Part shown: piece after piece, positions 10,940 to 22,715 of the stretch
Layout: the number at the start of each line of letters is the position of its first letter
Numbering within the stretch: the stretch's first letter is position 1
NCBI GenBank assembly: GCA_047495785.1
Contig: JBLDXI010000029.1
Span: 3,859,986-3,923,985 of the forward strand
Direction of reading: 5' to 3'
Source of the DNA: Lepidodermella squamata
Lineage: Eukaryota > Animalia > Gastrotricha
Length of the DNA stretch: 64,000 bases
Translations under genes and position numbers: made by a program
Notes under the pieces: generated by a model
The model's input: only the letters and a program-made list of their open reading frames with translations
Told to the model about the DNA's origin: nothing
Databases searched by the model: none

Positions 10940-12145
10940 ATGCAATCGAGCATTATTCTGGTGAGATTTTTCTGAATGATTCAAATACTTTTTAAATGTT
11001 CTACCTGAAATTTAGATACTGTCCCTTGTATCGGGAGCACTGGGACAAAAGCTGTTCTCAAGTAAGTCTTTCCCCGATGCGTAACAGAGTTTCGTTAATG
11101 TAATTTGTTAATTGATACTAGATTGCACGGATAATTCTGCGAAATGTCCACAAAATCAACGATGCGAACCCTTCACGACTTTTGTAAGCACGCTTATTAT
11201 CTATCTACTCTATTTACACATTCTCAATCCAAACTGTAGGACCCACCATGCAAGACGAAGGCTTGCGTTTGTAACGATTGCGCTCGAGGGTACATGGCCG
11301 ATGATTGTGTCCAGGGTATATTTTTCTTATTTCTCTAGAAAATCCCGCAGATTTTATCATTTCTTTCATCTCAGCAACCTACGTCAATTCCTTGAACGCA
11401 GCCTGCAATATGCCTGGCGGTATTTTAACCATACCCGGTTCGTTCTGTGATATTAAGGGGAACCAAGCTCTGTGCCTCACTAGCCCTAAGGCGAATGGTT
11501 GCGAAACTACTACACAGTGCTCATCTAACGAAGATTGTGGAGCCACCCGAAAATGCGACAATAAAGTGTGCGTTTGCTTTGAGGCTTATCAGGCTTACGA
11601 CTACAACACCGGCCTGTGCGCCGCACGGCAAATCGGTGATTCATGCTCGAATGACGCTGACTGCGCTATTACGCGTGGTAGTCCGAACTATTTGGTCTGC
11701 CGTAGTGGAAAATGCGCCTGTGATACGGCCGTTAGTAATGAAACCGAGTACCGTGAATACAACGACGACTGGAACAGCTTCGACACCAAGCGAGCTTGCT
11801 TCGGCAAGAATGCCGCGCTTAACCTGAAACAGGGTGAAAGATGCGACCAAAAACCGAGCAATGATAACTACCTAGCGCCTAAGGTTTGCGAGAAGTCACT
11901 GGTATGCTTTGCTTGCATGGAGGATAGCGGACTGTGCCGTGAGTTTTTGAAACGGAAATGTTTAATATCTGAGAATTGAATTCTTTCGATTCTTTCCAGG
12001 CAAGTTCAACGGACCCACACAGCCCACTGGTAAGTCGGCTGATCAATGCGGGCGCAAAAAGTTCGTCTATTCGGGCCAGCCTCGTTTGTCCTCCGGCTCA
12101 GCATCCGTCATAGCTGCCGTTTTGCTCATTGCTTCTGCTTTTTGA
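10940..12145 (+). CDS. Cys-rich EB-module-like protein, gene C (6 exons)
   Basis: Starts MQSSIIL|gtgag, same intron positions as gene B, main exon within ORF 11305-11979; last exon 12000-12145 ends SVIAAVLLIASAF*. Confidence 0.88.
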
Positions 12146-12659
12146 TGATAACTCACTTGATTTGTAGCAATAGCATCCGACGTCAGACTGAATAATGACG
12201 ATGCTTTCGATATTGCAACGCCTAGCTTTACACATTTCCAATTGAAAAAACTCATTCATGTATTACCGGTAATATGTAAACATTCGAATATTCGTCATAT
12301 AAAGTGAAATGCTACGATTAATTTGCCACCCGCCCTCAATTACGAAATATAGTTTCTTGATCTTAGTTGAGGATACAGGATGAGGTTACTTTCGACCAGC
12401 AGTCTGGGCTACGTCATAAGACGAAGAGCTGTTTAATAACTTCAAATACTTCAAACATGAATCTAAAAAAGTCGCTAAAGAACTTTTTGGCTATTCGTTA
12501 TTCCTAAATATTTTCGGCTTTCAACTGAATTGTAATTCAGGTTAGGATTAGGGTTAGGAATAGTTAGGCTAAGGTTGGGTTTGAGATTTGAGAATATTTA
12601 CGAATAGCCAAATAGTTGAACAACATAACTATGTCAGTGCGATAAGAGGATACCTAATA

Positions 12660-13860
12660 CTAATCAATCAATGCTTCTCTTACATATTGCATTGAACGTC
12701 CTTTGAATAATCGCTTAGCCGTAACATATGGTTCCATATCGGAACCAATTGGGACATTGGACATGCGATGACTTCGCTTTCCGAGACTAAAAAATATCAT
12801 CTTCCGCTTGGCCGCACGGGCCTGATGCACGCGGTGGGCGACACGAACTGGAATGTCAAATGTCAGCCGCCGAGTGATGTTCACGAAAAGCATATTGATT
12901 GTCCGGGAGGAGATGGTGAGGCTCCAACTACTGGGCTATTCAACGCGCGATAGCAGCGGTAGCAGAGGACGCTGCGACGACGAGAACGCGGCTTCCCCGA
13001 CTTATGCACGGCCACGGCATCTGCCTCCTTCCAATCCCGCAGTGTGTATTGGCTGCCGAGCATATGCTGTAGAGCAGACGAATGTGAATCTGTAGAGGCA
13101 CACCTCCCCACTTATAAAAGACGTTGCCGACACCGTTGAGTCCAGGGGCTCTGAAAGGCTTCAGGTTATCAATTGCGCTAGCATGCGCTGGCGGACACTG
13201 AATTCCTGCGGACCTGCGGGCTTCGACGAGAGCAGCGTTGATTGCACGGCGGTACTCGGTGAAGCGAAGGATCGGTTCGCAAGCTGAGGGAGTCGGATCG
13301 CACCGAGAAGGTACGCTGGTAGTCCTTACGATCAGCCCGGGAGAATTCGAACCGAGGGGTGGGTTCACGACTGGGCAGGACGCGCTTAACGCCAAGCAGC
13401 GGCATCTCAAAGAGTGTAGAATTTCTGAAGTGATCACTCTCCAGCCGATTGCCGATGGTAATAGATCCACTGAGCAGCTGACGGACAGCTACCACCCAGA
13501 CATCGAGTGTCGACAAGCTATTCCAGTGTGCGGATTCCAGAAATCTTTTGTACGGCACAGAGAGGAGCATTCAAATCACCCGCAAAAACACAGGGTAGTC
13601 GATAGTCGATGGAGGGCGGCATCGGGAGGGAAGCTCAGATCCAGAGAAAGAGGGCGGGCAGTAGCCGGTAACAATCCGCAGGAGAGCAGCACGAAGATCG
13701 GGGATAACATTTAGACAGATCCACTCACTGCGCTTGCGGCCAGCCATCGCCAGAAAGGCCAGCCATCGCTAGAAAGGCGGCACCCCAACAGGACACAGGA
13801 CCCATTATAAAGTAATCCACCCGGCGCCTGCTCTCTATCACACCGAAAGACTGCATAACC
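12660..13860 (-). mobile_element. Degenerate non-LTR retrotransposon (LINE) fragment; boundaries approximate
   Basis: Frameshifted minus-strand remnants: GYAVFRCDR..GG (AP-endonuclease-like), and LKPFRAPGLNGVGNVFYK and WKEADAVAVHKSGK (pre-RT motifs). Confidence 0.7.
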
Positions 13861-13898
13861 ATGAATGAATGAATGAATGAATGAATGAATGAATGAAT
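13861..13898. repeat. (ATGA)n microsatellite
   Basis: About 9.5 perfect copies. Confidence 0.95.
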
Positions 13899-13969
13899 GG
13901 CGAGAAAGGACTTTGCCGTGAGCTATTAAGGTGGACAATTTTTTGAATAAATTAATATTGACCTCGACA

Positions 13970-14142
13970 GAGAAGTCCAATGGACCTTCGGCTGATCAAT
14001 GCGGACGCCAGAAGTTTGCCTATTCGGGTCCGAAGCCGTTGGAAAGTACCCCGATATAGACCATTGACAGTAAGAACGGCGCGCCTTCAGGCATCTCCTC
14101 AGACTCAGTCCTAGCAGCGGTCTTGCTCATTGTTTCACCTTA
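13970..14142 (+). pseudogene. Relic last exon of a Cys-rich family gene (D)
   Basis: SADQCGRQKFAYSGPKPLESTPI* followed by a tail like other copies (VLAAVLLIVSP). In-frame TAG; upstream exons are absent and a LINE relic lies in their place. Confidence 0.8.
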
Positions 14143-14755
14143 ACATTACTTGAACGTAATGATATTAGTGATATCATCTGATTTCGTAAATTATGTCGTC
14201 GTCACAAAATGGAAGATGGCTAAGAAACAAGTACTAAGGATTGAGAGAGGCAGACTTAACACATTTCCTCAAGAGTAGCAAGAAGATTCTCGTAAATAAG
14301 TATAACAGCAAGACAAACCAGTCAGCCTTCTGTGTTGAATTGAATATGTATACCTGATAGCGAAACGCTGCCCGGCTTAAGGTCGCTCTATTGAAGATTA
14401 TACGACGTCAATTTTACAGCTCGGTGATTACGCAAAGTAAAAAATGTGTTCTATCTCTCGTGCTCTAGTCTCTAAAGTTCTGAACCGCAAAAAATGCGGC
14501 CGTCCGCGCGTTTGTTGTGATAGAAAGAAATTCGGGCTTGATGGTGATGCCAGTGTGAGACGAACATTAAACTATACCCGGTGAGCGTGCACTGAGGCAA
14601 TTCTACTGTATAAGCGCAAGAAGCAAGAATTTCATAGTAATGATAATGTACCTTACCGTCGTTCAACGCTGTAATCTATTCTCTAACACTTTTTAAACGC
14701 CAGATAGATATTTTTTCTATACTACAATTTTCTCTTTTATTTAACTTTAAGCAAC

Positions 14756-15991
14756 ATGTTAGCGAGCGTAATTCTGGTAGGATTTTGAAAAATATCAATT
14801 TCTCTGAAATTTCCCCCGGAAAATTAGCCGTTGTTTATTGCATCGAGCGCGCTGGGGCAACGCCTGTCCACAAGTAAATCAAATGTTACACTGCTAAGCT
14901 TAGTTTTAATCTGTTTTCGATCTCTAGATTGCACGGATGCCTCAGTGAAATGCCCACAAAATCAAAGATGCGAATCATTCTCGACTTTTGTCTGTTCAGC
15001 CATACAGACAATCTATTATTCTATTTAAAATCCCAACTCTAGGACCCACCATGCAAGACTAAGGCTTGCGTTTGTAACGATTGCGCTGTTCGAGGAGAAT
15101 ATGGCGATGATTGTGTTCCGAGTATTATTTTTCTACATAAAATCGCAAACTTCATTTCATTTCTTTCTTCTCAGCTTCCTATGTCAACTCGATAAACGCA
15201 ACCTGCACATCTACCCCTGGCGTTGTTGTAACCATACCCAGCGCGGCCTGTGATACGGAATCGAACAAAACCCGGTGCCTCATGGGCACATTTGGCAATG
15301 GCTGCCATCCTGGGGCATTATGCTCAAATAGTAGTTCGTGTCTTGGCTACAACCATCAATGCGAGAAGAGTTGGTGTAGATGCAAGGAGACGAATGAGTA
15401 CTTCGACTACAACATCGGCAGATGCGGCGAACGACAACTCGACGAAATATGCATGAGTGACAGTGACTGCGCTGTTACGTCCACTCCGAAGAACTACATG
15501 GTCTGCCGCAATAACAAATGCACCTGTGATACGGCCGTTTCTGTTGAAACCGAGTACCGTGTGTACAGTGCGGAATGGAATAGCTACGATGTCAAGCGTT
15601 CCTGTGTGAGCAAGAAGGCCACCGTTAACCTGAAACAGGGTGAACGATGCGACCCAGTCTTGAACGCTGCCAACTATGAAACGGCTAAGGTTTGCGAGAA
15701 ATCACTGGTCTGCTTTGCGTGCATGGAGGACAGCGGACTGTGCCGTGAGTTATTAAGGTGTATTTTTTCAATCTGATTTTTACCAATATTTTTCTAGGCA
15801 AGTTCAACGGACCCATTGGAAAGTCGGCTGATCAATGCGGTCGTCAAAAATTCGAGTTTTCAACGCCAAAGGCGTTTGGCGATGCCCCAATCAAGACTGC
15901 TGCCTCGGCTAAGAGCGGTGCGACTGTCGTTGTATCCTCGGTCTCGGCGCCTATCACAGCTGCTATCTTGCTTATTGTTTCGGCTTATTAA
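14756..15991 (+). CDS. Cys-rich EB-module-like protein, gene E (6 exons)
   Basis: Starts MLASVIL|gtagga, same exon structure; the exon 3 donor is a weak gtctgt; ends APITAAILLIVSAY*. Confidence 0.85.
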
Positions 15992-16248
15992 AACTCTCTT
16001 GATTTCTATAACAAAAACATCCGACGTCGGAATGAATATGACGATGTTTTATGCAATTCGAGCTTTACAAATTTTAAATTGAAATAACTCATTCATGTAT
16101 TACCGGTAATTAACATCCATTATTCGTCAAATCAAAATAAAGTGAAATATTACAATTTCCCTTGATCTCAATTACATTACTGTGAGTGAGAGAAACTTTC
16201 AGAGGGCGTGCGGGTATCATCCCTCAGCTCGGCAAGACCGGAAAAGAA

Positions 16249-16592
16249 AATCATTGTGGAACCACTCAAAAGTCCAATCCTGACGCGCACGCCTATTAGT
16301 CAATCGATCGTTGCTATGACTCCCGGATGAAACGTTCAGTCGCGCGATCCATAACATTTTTTGCAACAAGTGTTTTTTGCCGCAGTAGTTTGCCACGACT
16401 AATATGGAGTTTACGTTCGTGGTCAATGGAAACCGTGCAGAGGGTGTGGCAGGGTCATTTTTTACATAAAATAAAAAATAATTTATCAGTGGATCGCACG
16501 ACGGAAATGTTTCATCCCGGAGTCATAGCAACGATCAATCGACCAATCAGCGTGCGCGCCAAAGTTCAACTTTTTAGTGGTTCCATAATGAT
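16249..16592. mobile_element. Foldback/MITE-like element with ~105-bp imperfect inverted repeats
   Basis: ATCATTGTGGAACCACT...GATCGTTGCTATGACTCCCGGATGAAAC...GCGATCCA (16249-16351) is mirrored at 16488-16592. Confidence 0.7.
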
Positions 16593-17520
16593 GACAATTT
16601 TGAGAGGTTTTGGAGCGTTTCCCAGTCGAAAATCTTCACAATTTACTCGCTTCGCTCGTTTTTTGGTTGAAATGACTAGTCATTTAGGAAAATACAGGAG
16701 AACAAGGAAAAAACCAATGAATTCACGCTTATTTTCGCTAACATTAGGGAGCTCCTCGAAATTTATACCCTATGCGTATCTTTTTTCATGCTTTATTTAA
16801 AAAGGCATCAAACTCATGCAAGTTTTTTTATGCCCTATGAATTTATGGGATTTGAATTTTTTGAATTTATGAATGCGCATGTGCATATATTTAAATTAGG
16901 GAAGAAATGAAACATCAGAAATCAGGATCCCTCGGGAGGGAACCATGGTTGCCGTTTTTACAGCCGGGGATTCTAACCGCTTTACTACCAAGGCTGTGTT
17001 GCAAGATAAGGCGTATAATCATCGCCTTTCTCAATTCAAATCCTCCAAAATTTAATGTACAGGGCCAAATCTCCAAAACCGAAAATTAATGACCACCGAA
17101 CATTAGTAGATATACAGTATATAGCCCAGTTCCTTAGCTAGAATATGAGCCGTTAAACAGCGAATCAAATAAGTTTTTTCTTATCTTTCAAGTTTGCGCA
17201 TCTATGAAGATAAATTTTTTAAATCTAGGAGTCGCAACCTCCAAGCGTTAGAGTGATTTCCTATTTCCTATTCAGCAGGATTGAATATGGTTTTTCAGAT
17301 GTGTTGACTAGAAAGAAATTCGGGCATATGAAAAAACAGCGAATAAGCTATTCAAACTCCGGCATTTTTTCACCTCGTATACGTATAAAGTACGATAGTG
17401 CAAAGCCATTCATTACATCTACACTAGCGTGTATTTGTAATAATATATAGTTTCTTAAAAACATGTGAACCTGCACATACCTTATTACACAACATCATGG
17501 CTATAAATCCCGCTGGCAAA

Positions 17521-18767
17521 ATGTGCATTCGATTATACCTGGTCAGTGAACCACATATCATATTTGTAAATTCTGATTATTAATGTCAACTTTTTTCTAA
17601 AGGTCCTGTATTTTATTACTTTTAATTCATCTCTAATTGCTGCTCAGCATTTTTATAGTTCGAGTCTGTTCATTTATGTCGTGACTGAACTTACGAACTA
17701 AACTGCCTTTTTCATATCAGATTGCACGGAAGTTGGCTCAAATTGCCCCGAGAATGAATATTGCGAGTCTTTTCAAGCCATGGTAAATATTTCTATTGAG
17801 ATCTTGCCTATTGGTCTACTTATTATGGATTAGGACCCACCCTGCTCATCGAAAGCCTGTATGTGCAATGCCTGTGCGAAAAGAGGATACTTATTCGATC
17901 AATGCTTAACGAGTAAGAACTATTGCATCGAATATTCTTTGATTAATCGCTTAACCGTAACCTATAGTGTCATATCGGAACCAATTGGGAGATTCCTGTA
18001 CCGGCAGTGAGAATGAGGTTATCACAATCCCACGAGCCGAGTGCGACACGGGGAAGAAGCAAGTCTCATGTACAGTTGGCAAACAAGGCAACGGTTGTAG
18101 TTCTGGGTTTAATTGCGACAAAGGCGGGATGTGTTTAGGCTACAATTCCAAATGCGTCGCAAATCAATGCGTTTGCCAATTCGATCACGAATATTTCGAT
18201 CCAAATGAAGGCAGCTGTGTGCCGCGAAAAATCGGCGACTACTGCAATGAATTATCCGACTGCCAGAATGCAGCCTCCTTAACGCCGAATTATCTTGTGT
18301 GCTCAGCTATCAACGGAACTAAAACTTGCAATTGCGACATGGCAAAATCTGTCGAAACTCAAGTGACCACTTTCTCTGAAGATTGGAATGAGCTGGTTAC
18401 GGGGAACGTTTGCCTGCCTAATGGGTCGAGAATTAACCTGGGCAAGGGCGAATCTTGCACTATGAACTATGAGCGTTTCATTGGTTCGAACACAATCAAA
18501 GTCTGCGCGAAAAATTTGGTTTGTTTTCAATGCCCCGAAGAGGCGGATTCTGCTGAAGGCAAATGTCGTGAGTTAACGCATTACGCAATGTAAATATATT
18601 TTGAAATTTCTTTACTGACAGGCATTTTCCCTCAAAATCTGATCAAATCAGACGAAGCTTGTGGGGCGAAGAGGTTCCTATATTCGAAAGCTGATCGAAA
18701 TCGTTTCAAGTGCATCAGGACAACATCTTTGCTGTTTTTCATTTTAGTATTAGCTTTCCTTTCATAG
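17521..18767 (+). CDS. Divergent Cys-rich family member, gene F (6 exons)
   Basis: MCIRLYL|gtcagt; exons NCTEVGSNCPENEYC and DPPCSSKACMC; main exon within ORF 17967-18593; last exon 18622-18767 ends SLLFFILVLAFLS*. Confidence 0.82.
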
Positions 18768-20190
18768 ATAATCGCTACAATTTTCAAATAAAATGACTCG
18801 TTTATATTTTGGATTAAATTCAATAATCGATAACAACTTAAGCAATCAGAACTTAATTGAGAAGCAACCCAGAGATTCACTAATTTTTTAAAAGCTGAGA
18901 TCCAATTTCGGATGATAATTTAATTTGGTTATCAATTAGATCTACGATTCTTTACACCCATTTGATCTTTCATCAGACCTAAAACCTAACACCTTTTCTG
19001 TAACAATGTTGTCACTTTCATAAACGCTCGAAACTCGAATCAACCCAAGTTTCACAGCAGTGATGAGAAATCGGGATCAACTTTTTTCATATATCCTTCT
19101 CGACTTCATCCATGTTAATTTTCCGCAGCTTTGACGATGGAAACATGAGAAGAATATCGTTTTGATTTTTCAACGCAGCAACGCAGCAGCAGCGTCCAAC
19201 TTCGGCTTTTATGTCGCTATAAAATATAAAATATAAAAGATTTCATGTGAAATAATCAGGGTGCGATCTTGGATCCCGGAGCTGCCAGGGATGGAGAATA
19301 AATTGTTTGCTGTATATCTGCCAAAATTGTGAAGATTTCCACCAACCATCAAAACACGCTCCAAAATATACCTCTCAAAATATACGAAACAGAGGGATAA
19401 GCTCTCATTTTGTTGGCCGAGCTGGGTGAGATGATCCCCCCCCCCCCCCCCATTCTTCTGAAAGTCGCACGTCGCTTCCTTCTTTGTCTCAGAAATCCAT
19501 TCGATATTTAGCGATACAATTTTCCAAGTTTAATCAAATCATTTTGTAAACCTGTCTGTCAATTTGCAGCTCTAAAATTCGAAACGCCGGCTTTGGAAAA
19601 GATCAGATAAGCGACACTAAATTGGAGAGATTGAGTTATTTGCACTATTTCCATAGCTTCGATGAGTTCCAATAAATTGACCTTAAATTAATGCATCAAC
19701 GCATGCCCGCCAGCCTCCTGTGTCGAAAATTTAAGCCTGATGAGTTAACCATGCCTGGCCTACTGTCGTTCTTTGAAGGATTATATACGTAATAAACACG
19801 AACGTGAATTTGTGTAGTCTATTTGTCAAATTTTACTACTCATTGAATACGCAAAGTAAAAAAATGCATTCTATCACACCTCAACATTCGTGTTCTAGTT
19901 ATAAAACCGCATAAACTGCGGCCGTATACGCGCCATGTTGTGATGGAAAGAAATTCGGGCGTGTTGATGATACTAGTGTGAGGCGAACATCAAACAATAC
20001 CCGGTGAGCGTGCACCGAGGCAATTATACTGCATAAGAGCCAGAATGTCATAGTGATGATAATATAAATTGCCACTGTTCAACGCTATAATCAAATCTAT
20101 TTGCCGTACCTGTTACACTTTTTAAACGCCAACTGAAGATTTATTTATCATTTTCATACAGTTCCCTCTTTCATTTAAAGTATAAGCAAC

Positions 20191-21436
20191 ATGTTAACGA
20201 GCCTAATTGTGGTGAGATATTTTCAAAATTCGCTTAAATTATATATCTTAAGTTCCATTTAAAATCAGACGGTGTGTCTAGCATCGAGCGCATTCGGGCA
20301 ACGCCTGCTCACAAGTATAAACCCCAGGTGCAGAGTTTCGTTTTCAGCCTTTTAAATTAATAGATTGCACGGATGCCTCGGTGAAATGCCCTCAAAATGA
20401 ACGCTGCGAATCCTTCTCGACTTTCGTAAGAAATTTCGCTAGCCATACAACTATTTAGTTTTATTAAAAAATATTCAGGACCCACCCTGCAAGTCAAAAG
20501 CTTGTGTTTGTAACGACTGCGCCATTCGAGCTCTTTTCAAGGACAACTGTGTTCCGAGTAGGCTTTCCCTGCCAAATCAGAGAAACAGGCATTTTCTTTG
20601 TTATCCCAGCCACCTACGTCAACACTCTAAACGCGACATGCGTCGCCGATAGCCCTGGCGTTGTCGTAACCGTACCCCGCGCGTCCTGTTTTTCAGAATC
20701 GAACAAAACACAGTGCATCCTTGATAATCAGGGAAATGGTTGCGAAGCTGGGACACAATGTGGCAAGGGAACCCTGGGCTTTTGCGCTGGTTACAACCGC
20801 AAATGCGTACAGGATTGGTGCGTTTGCGTGGAGGAGAACGAAGTTTTCGACTACAACGCCGGCGGTTGTGTCGCTCGTCAAATCGGCGATTCGTGCTCGA
20901 AAGACTCGGAATGCGCTATTACGACCGATAAGAAGAACTATTTGGTCTGCCGCAGTGGCAAATGCGCCTGCGATACGGCGGCTGGTGTTGAAACCGAGTA
21001 CCGTGAATACAATGAAGATTGGAACAGCTTCGATGTGAAACGTGTTTGTATGAGCAAGAAGGCGACTGTAAATCTGAAACAGGGTGAGAAGTGTGACCCT
21101 ACCGTGAACAACTGGAACTTCGAGGCTGCGAGGGTTTGCGAAAAATCTCTGATTTGCTTCGCTTGCATGGAAGATGGCGAGAAAGGACTGTGCCGTGAGT
21201 TTTCAAGGCGGATTTTTTAATCTGAATTTTACCACGAGACTTTTCCAGGCAAGTTCAATGGACCTATTGGTAAGTCGGCTGATCAATGCGGTCGTCAGAA
21301 GTTTGTCTATTCGGGTCCGAAGCCGTTGGAAAGTGCCCCAGTCAAGACCATTGCTGGCAAGAGCGGTGCGACTTCGGCTGTCTCTTCAGCATTAATCCTA
21401 GCTGCTGCCTCGCTCATTGCTTCAGTTTCCTATTAG
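20191..21436 (+). CDS. Cys-rich EB-module-like protein, gene G (6 exons)
   Basis: MLTSLIV|gtgag, conserved intron positions; last exon 21249-21436 ends ALILAAASLIASVSY*. Confidence 0.9.
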
Positions 21437-22715
21437 CCTATTCTATATCGATTTTGAGTGTTAGCATCTGATTTTAGACTGAATATGAAGATGCTTTCGA
21501 AATCGCAATTCATTGAAATAACTCATTCAAGTAGTATGTAAGTACCGGTAAAAAGGATTCGAATAAACATTTTATATTTAAATTCACCTTTCTTTAATTT
21601 TCTGTTATCTTGACTTTTGACTTCAGAACAAATTCAATAGATGATCAGACGTTTCGAAGAGAAAAGTTGACTGCGCAACTCTTATTGATAATGCTAATTT
21701 TGCGAATAATTGGTTTATATTTCCGAAAATAAACCGAGGAAGTGCATTTTATATGCATTAATGGCCATATCAACATGTTTCTCACGTTTACTGTTTATCA
21801 GCTGAACTCTAAAGTGTCCATGGTTATCAGCTGTCCTTTCTAAAAATCGCTGTACGATAAGTTTAATGAACTCAGAAAAACTAAAAATAAAATTCGTTGC
21901 GGTGAAAAGGACAATTTCTAAAAATCATTTGAAATATGGAATTAATCAAAGGAGCGGTTGCCTTCGCAATTGCTCATAACATTATTGAAATATTTAGAGA
22001 TTGTTATTGAAAACAGTGTGCAAAGCAGGATCCTGGAACTGCCGAAGTCTTTTCCATTTTCCAGAACCCAGCCAACAAACCCTGAGGGCCCCCTTGAGGT
22101 TTTTTCGCCCTTCCTCTGTTTGGAATCCTGGAGCTTGGGGTGTCGCGGCACCCCAGCACCCCTGTAAATCGCACCCTGACATTGCTGACATGAAACGAGA
22201 GACATGTCAACCCTGGTAAAAATTATTGTTTGATGGCTCGTAAAAATTCGCGTTCGACTATCCGTGTCGCTATAAGAACATTTCCCAGGTATAATTATGC
22301 ACGCACAAGCATGTGATCGTCTCTTGCACGTTTTGAAATGAATCTGTGATTTCTTGCGAAGAAGCAACACACACCCATGCATCTTGCATCTTGCGGCTTG
22401 TGACGACATCGGCGTAGGTGTGAGATTCACTCTGATTTTATTTAGTTTCCATCACACTACCCGACATGTACATGAACTGGATTAAGTCTTGAGACTGTAA
22501 TTAACAAAAATATTCAAGGCGTGGTAGAAACGTGACTTCGGCTTCGAAATAAACTGAAATCGAGCTCGAAAGATGACTGACGCCTATGTCAGGACAAAAA
22601 TGCGTGGTGTAGCAAAAATTAGCGCTACTAAATTCCTCAATTAACGCTCTAATTACTGGATGGTATCCTTTAAATTTGCAGTTTTTCATTTGTTTTTGCC
22701 TCAATAAAATTCAAA

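Noticed and set aside
12486-12613. Telomere-like GGTTAG repeats between short inverted repeats (TTTGGCTATTCGT / ACGAATAGCCAAA)
   Set aside because: Degenerate and short; probably a small MITE remnant, not an interstitial telomere or a functional element I can support.
241-21471. Recurrent alternative-frame and antisense ORFs over the array (e.g. ...FSTTTPA..., MFVTTA..., MQAKQI...)
   Set aside because: By-products of the conserved real coding frame repeated across paralogs.
19257-22178. CAGGGTGCGAT (19257) and ATCGCACCCTG (22168) could be TIRs of one element that captured gene G
   Set aside because: Only 11 bp, and the flanks (GAAATAAT versus ACATTGCT) show no TSD; more likely two independent small element remnants.
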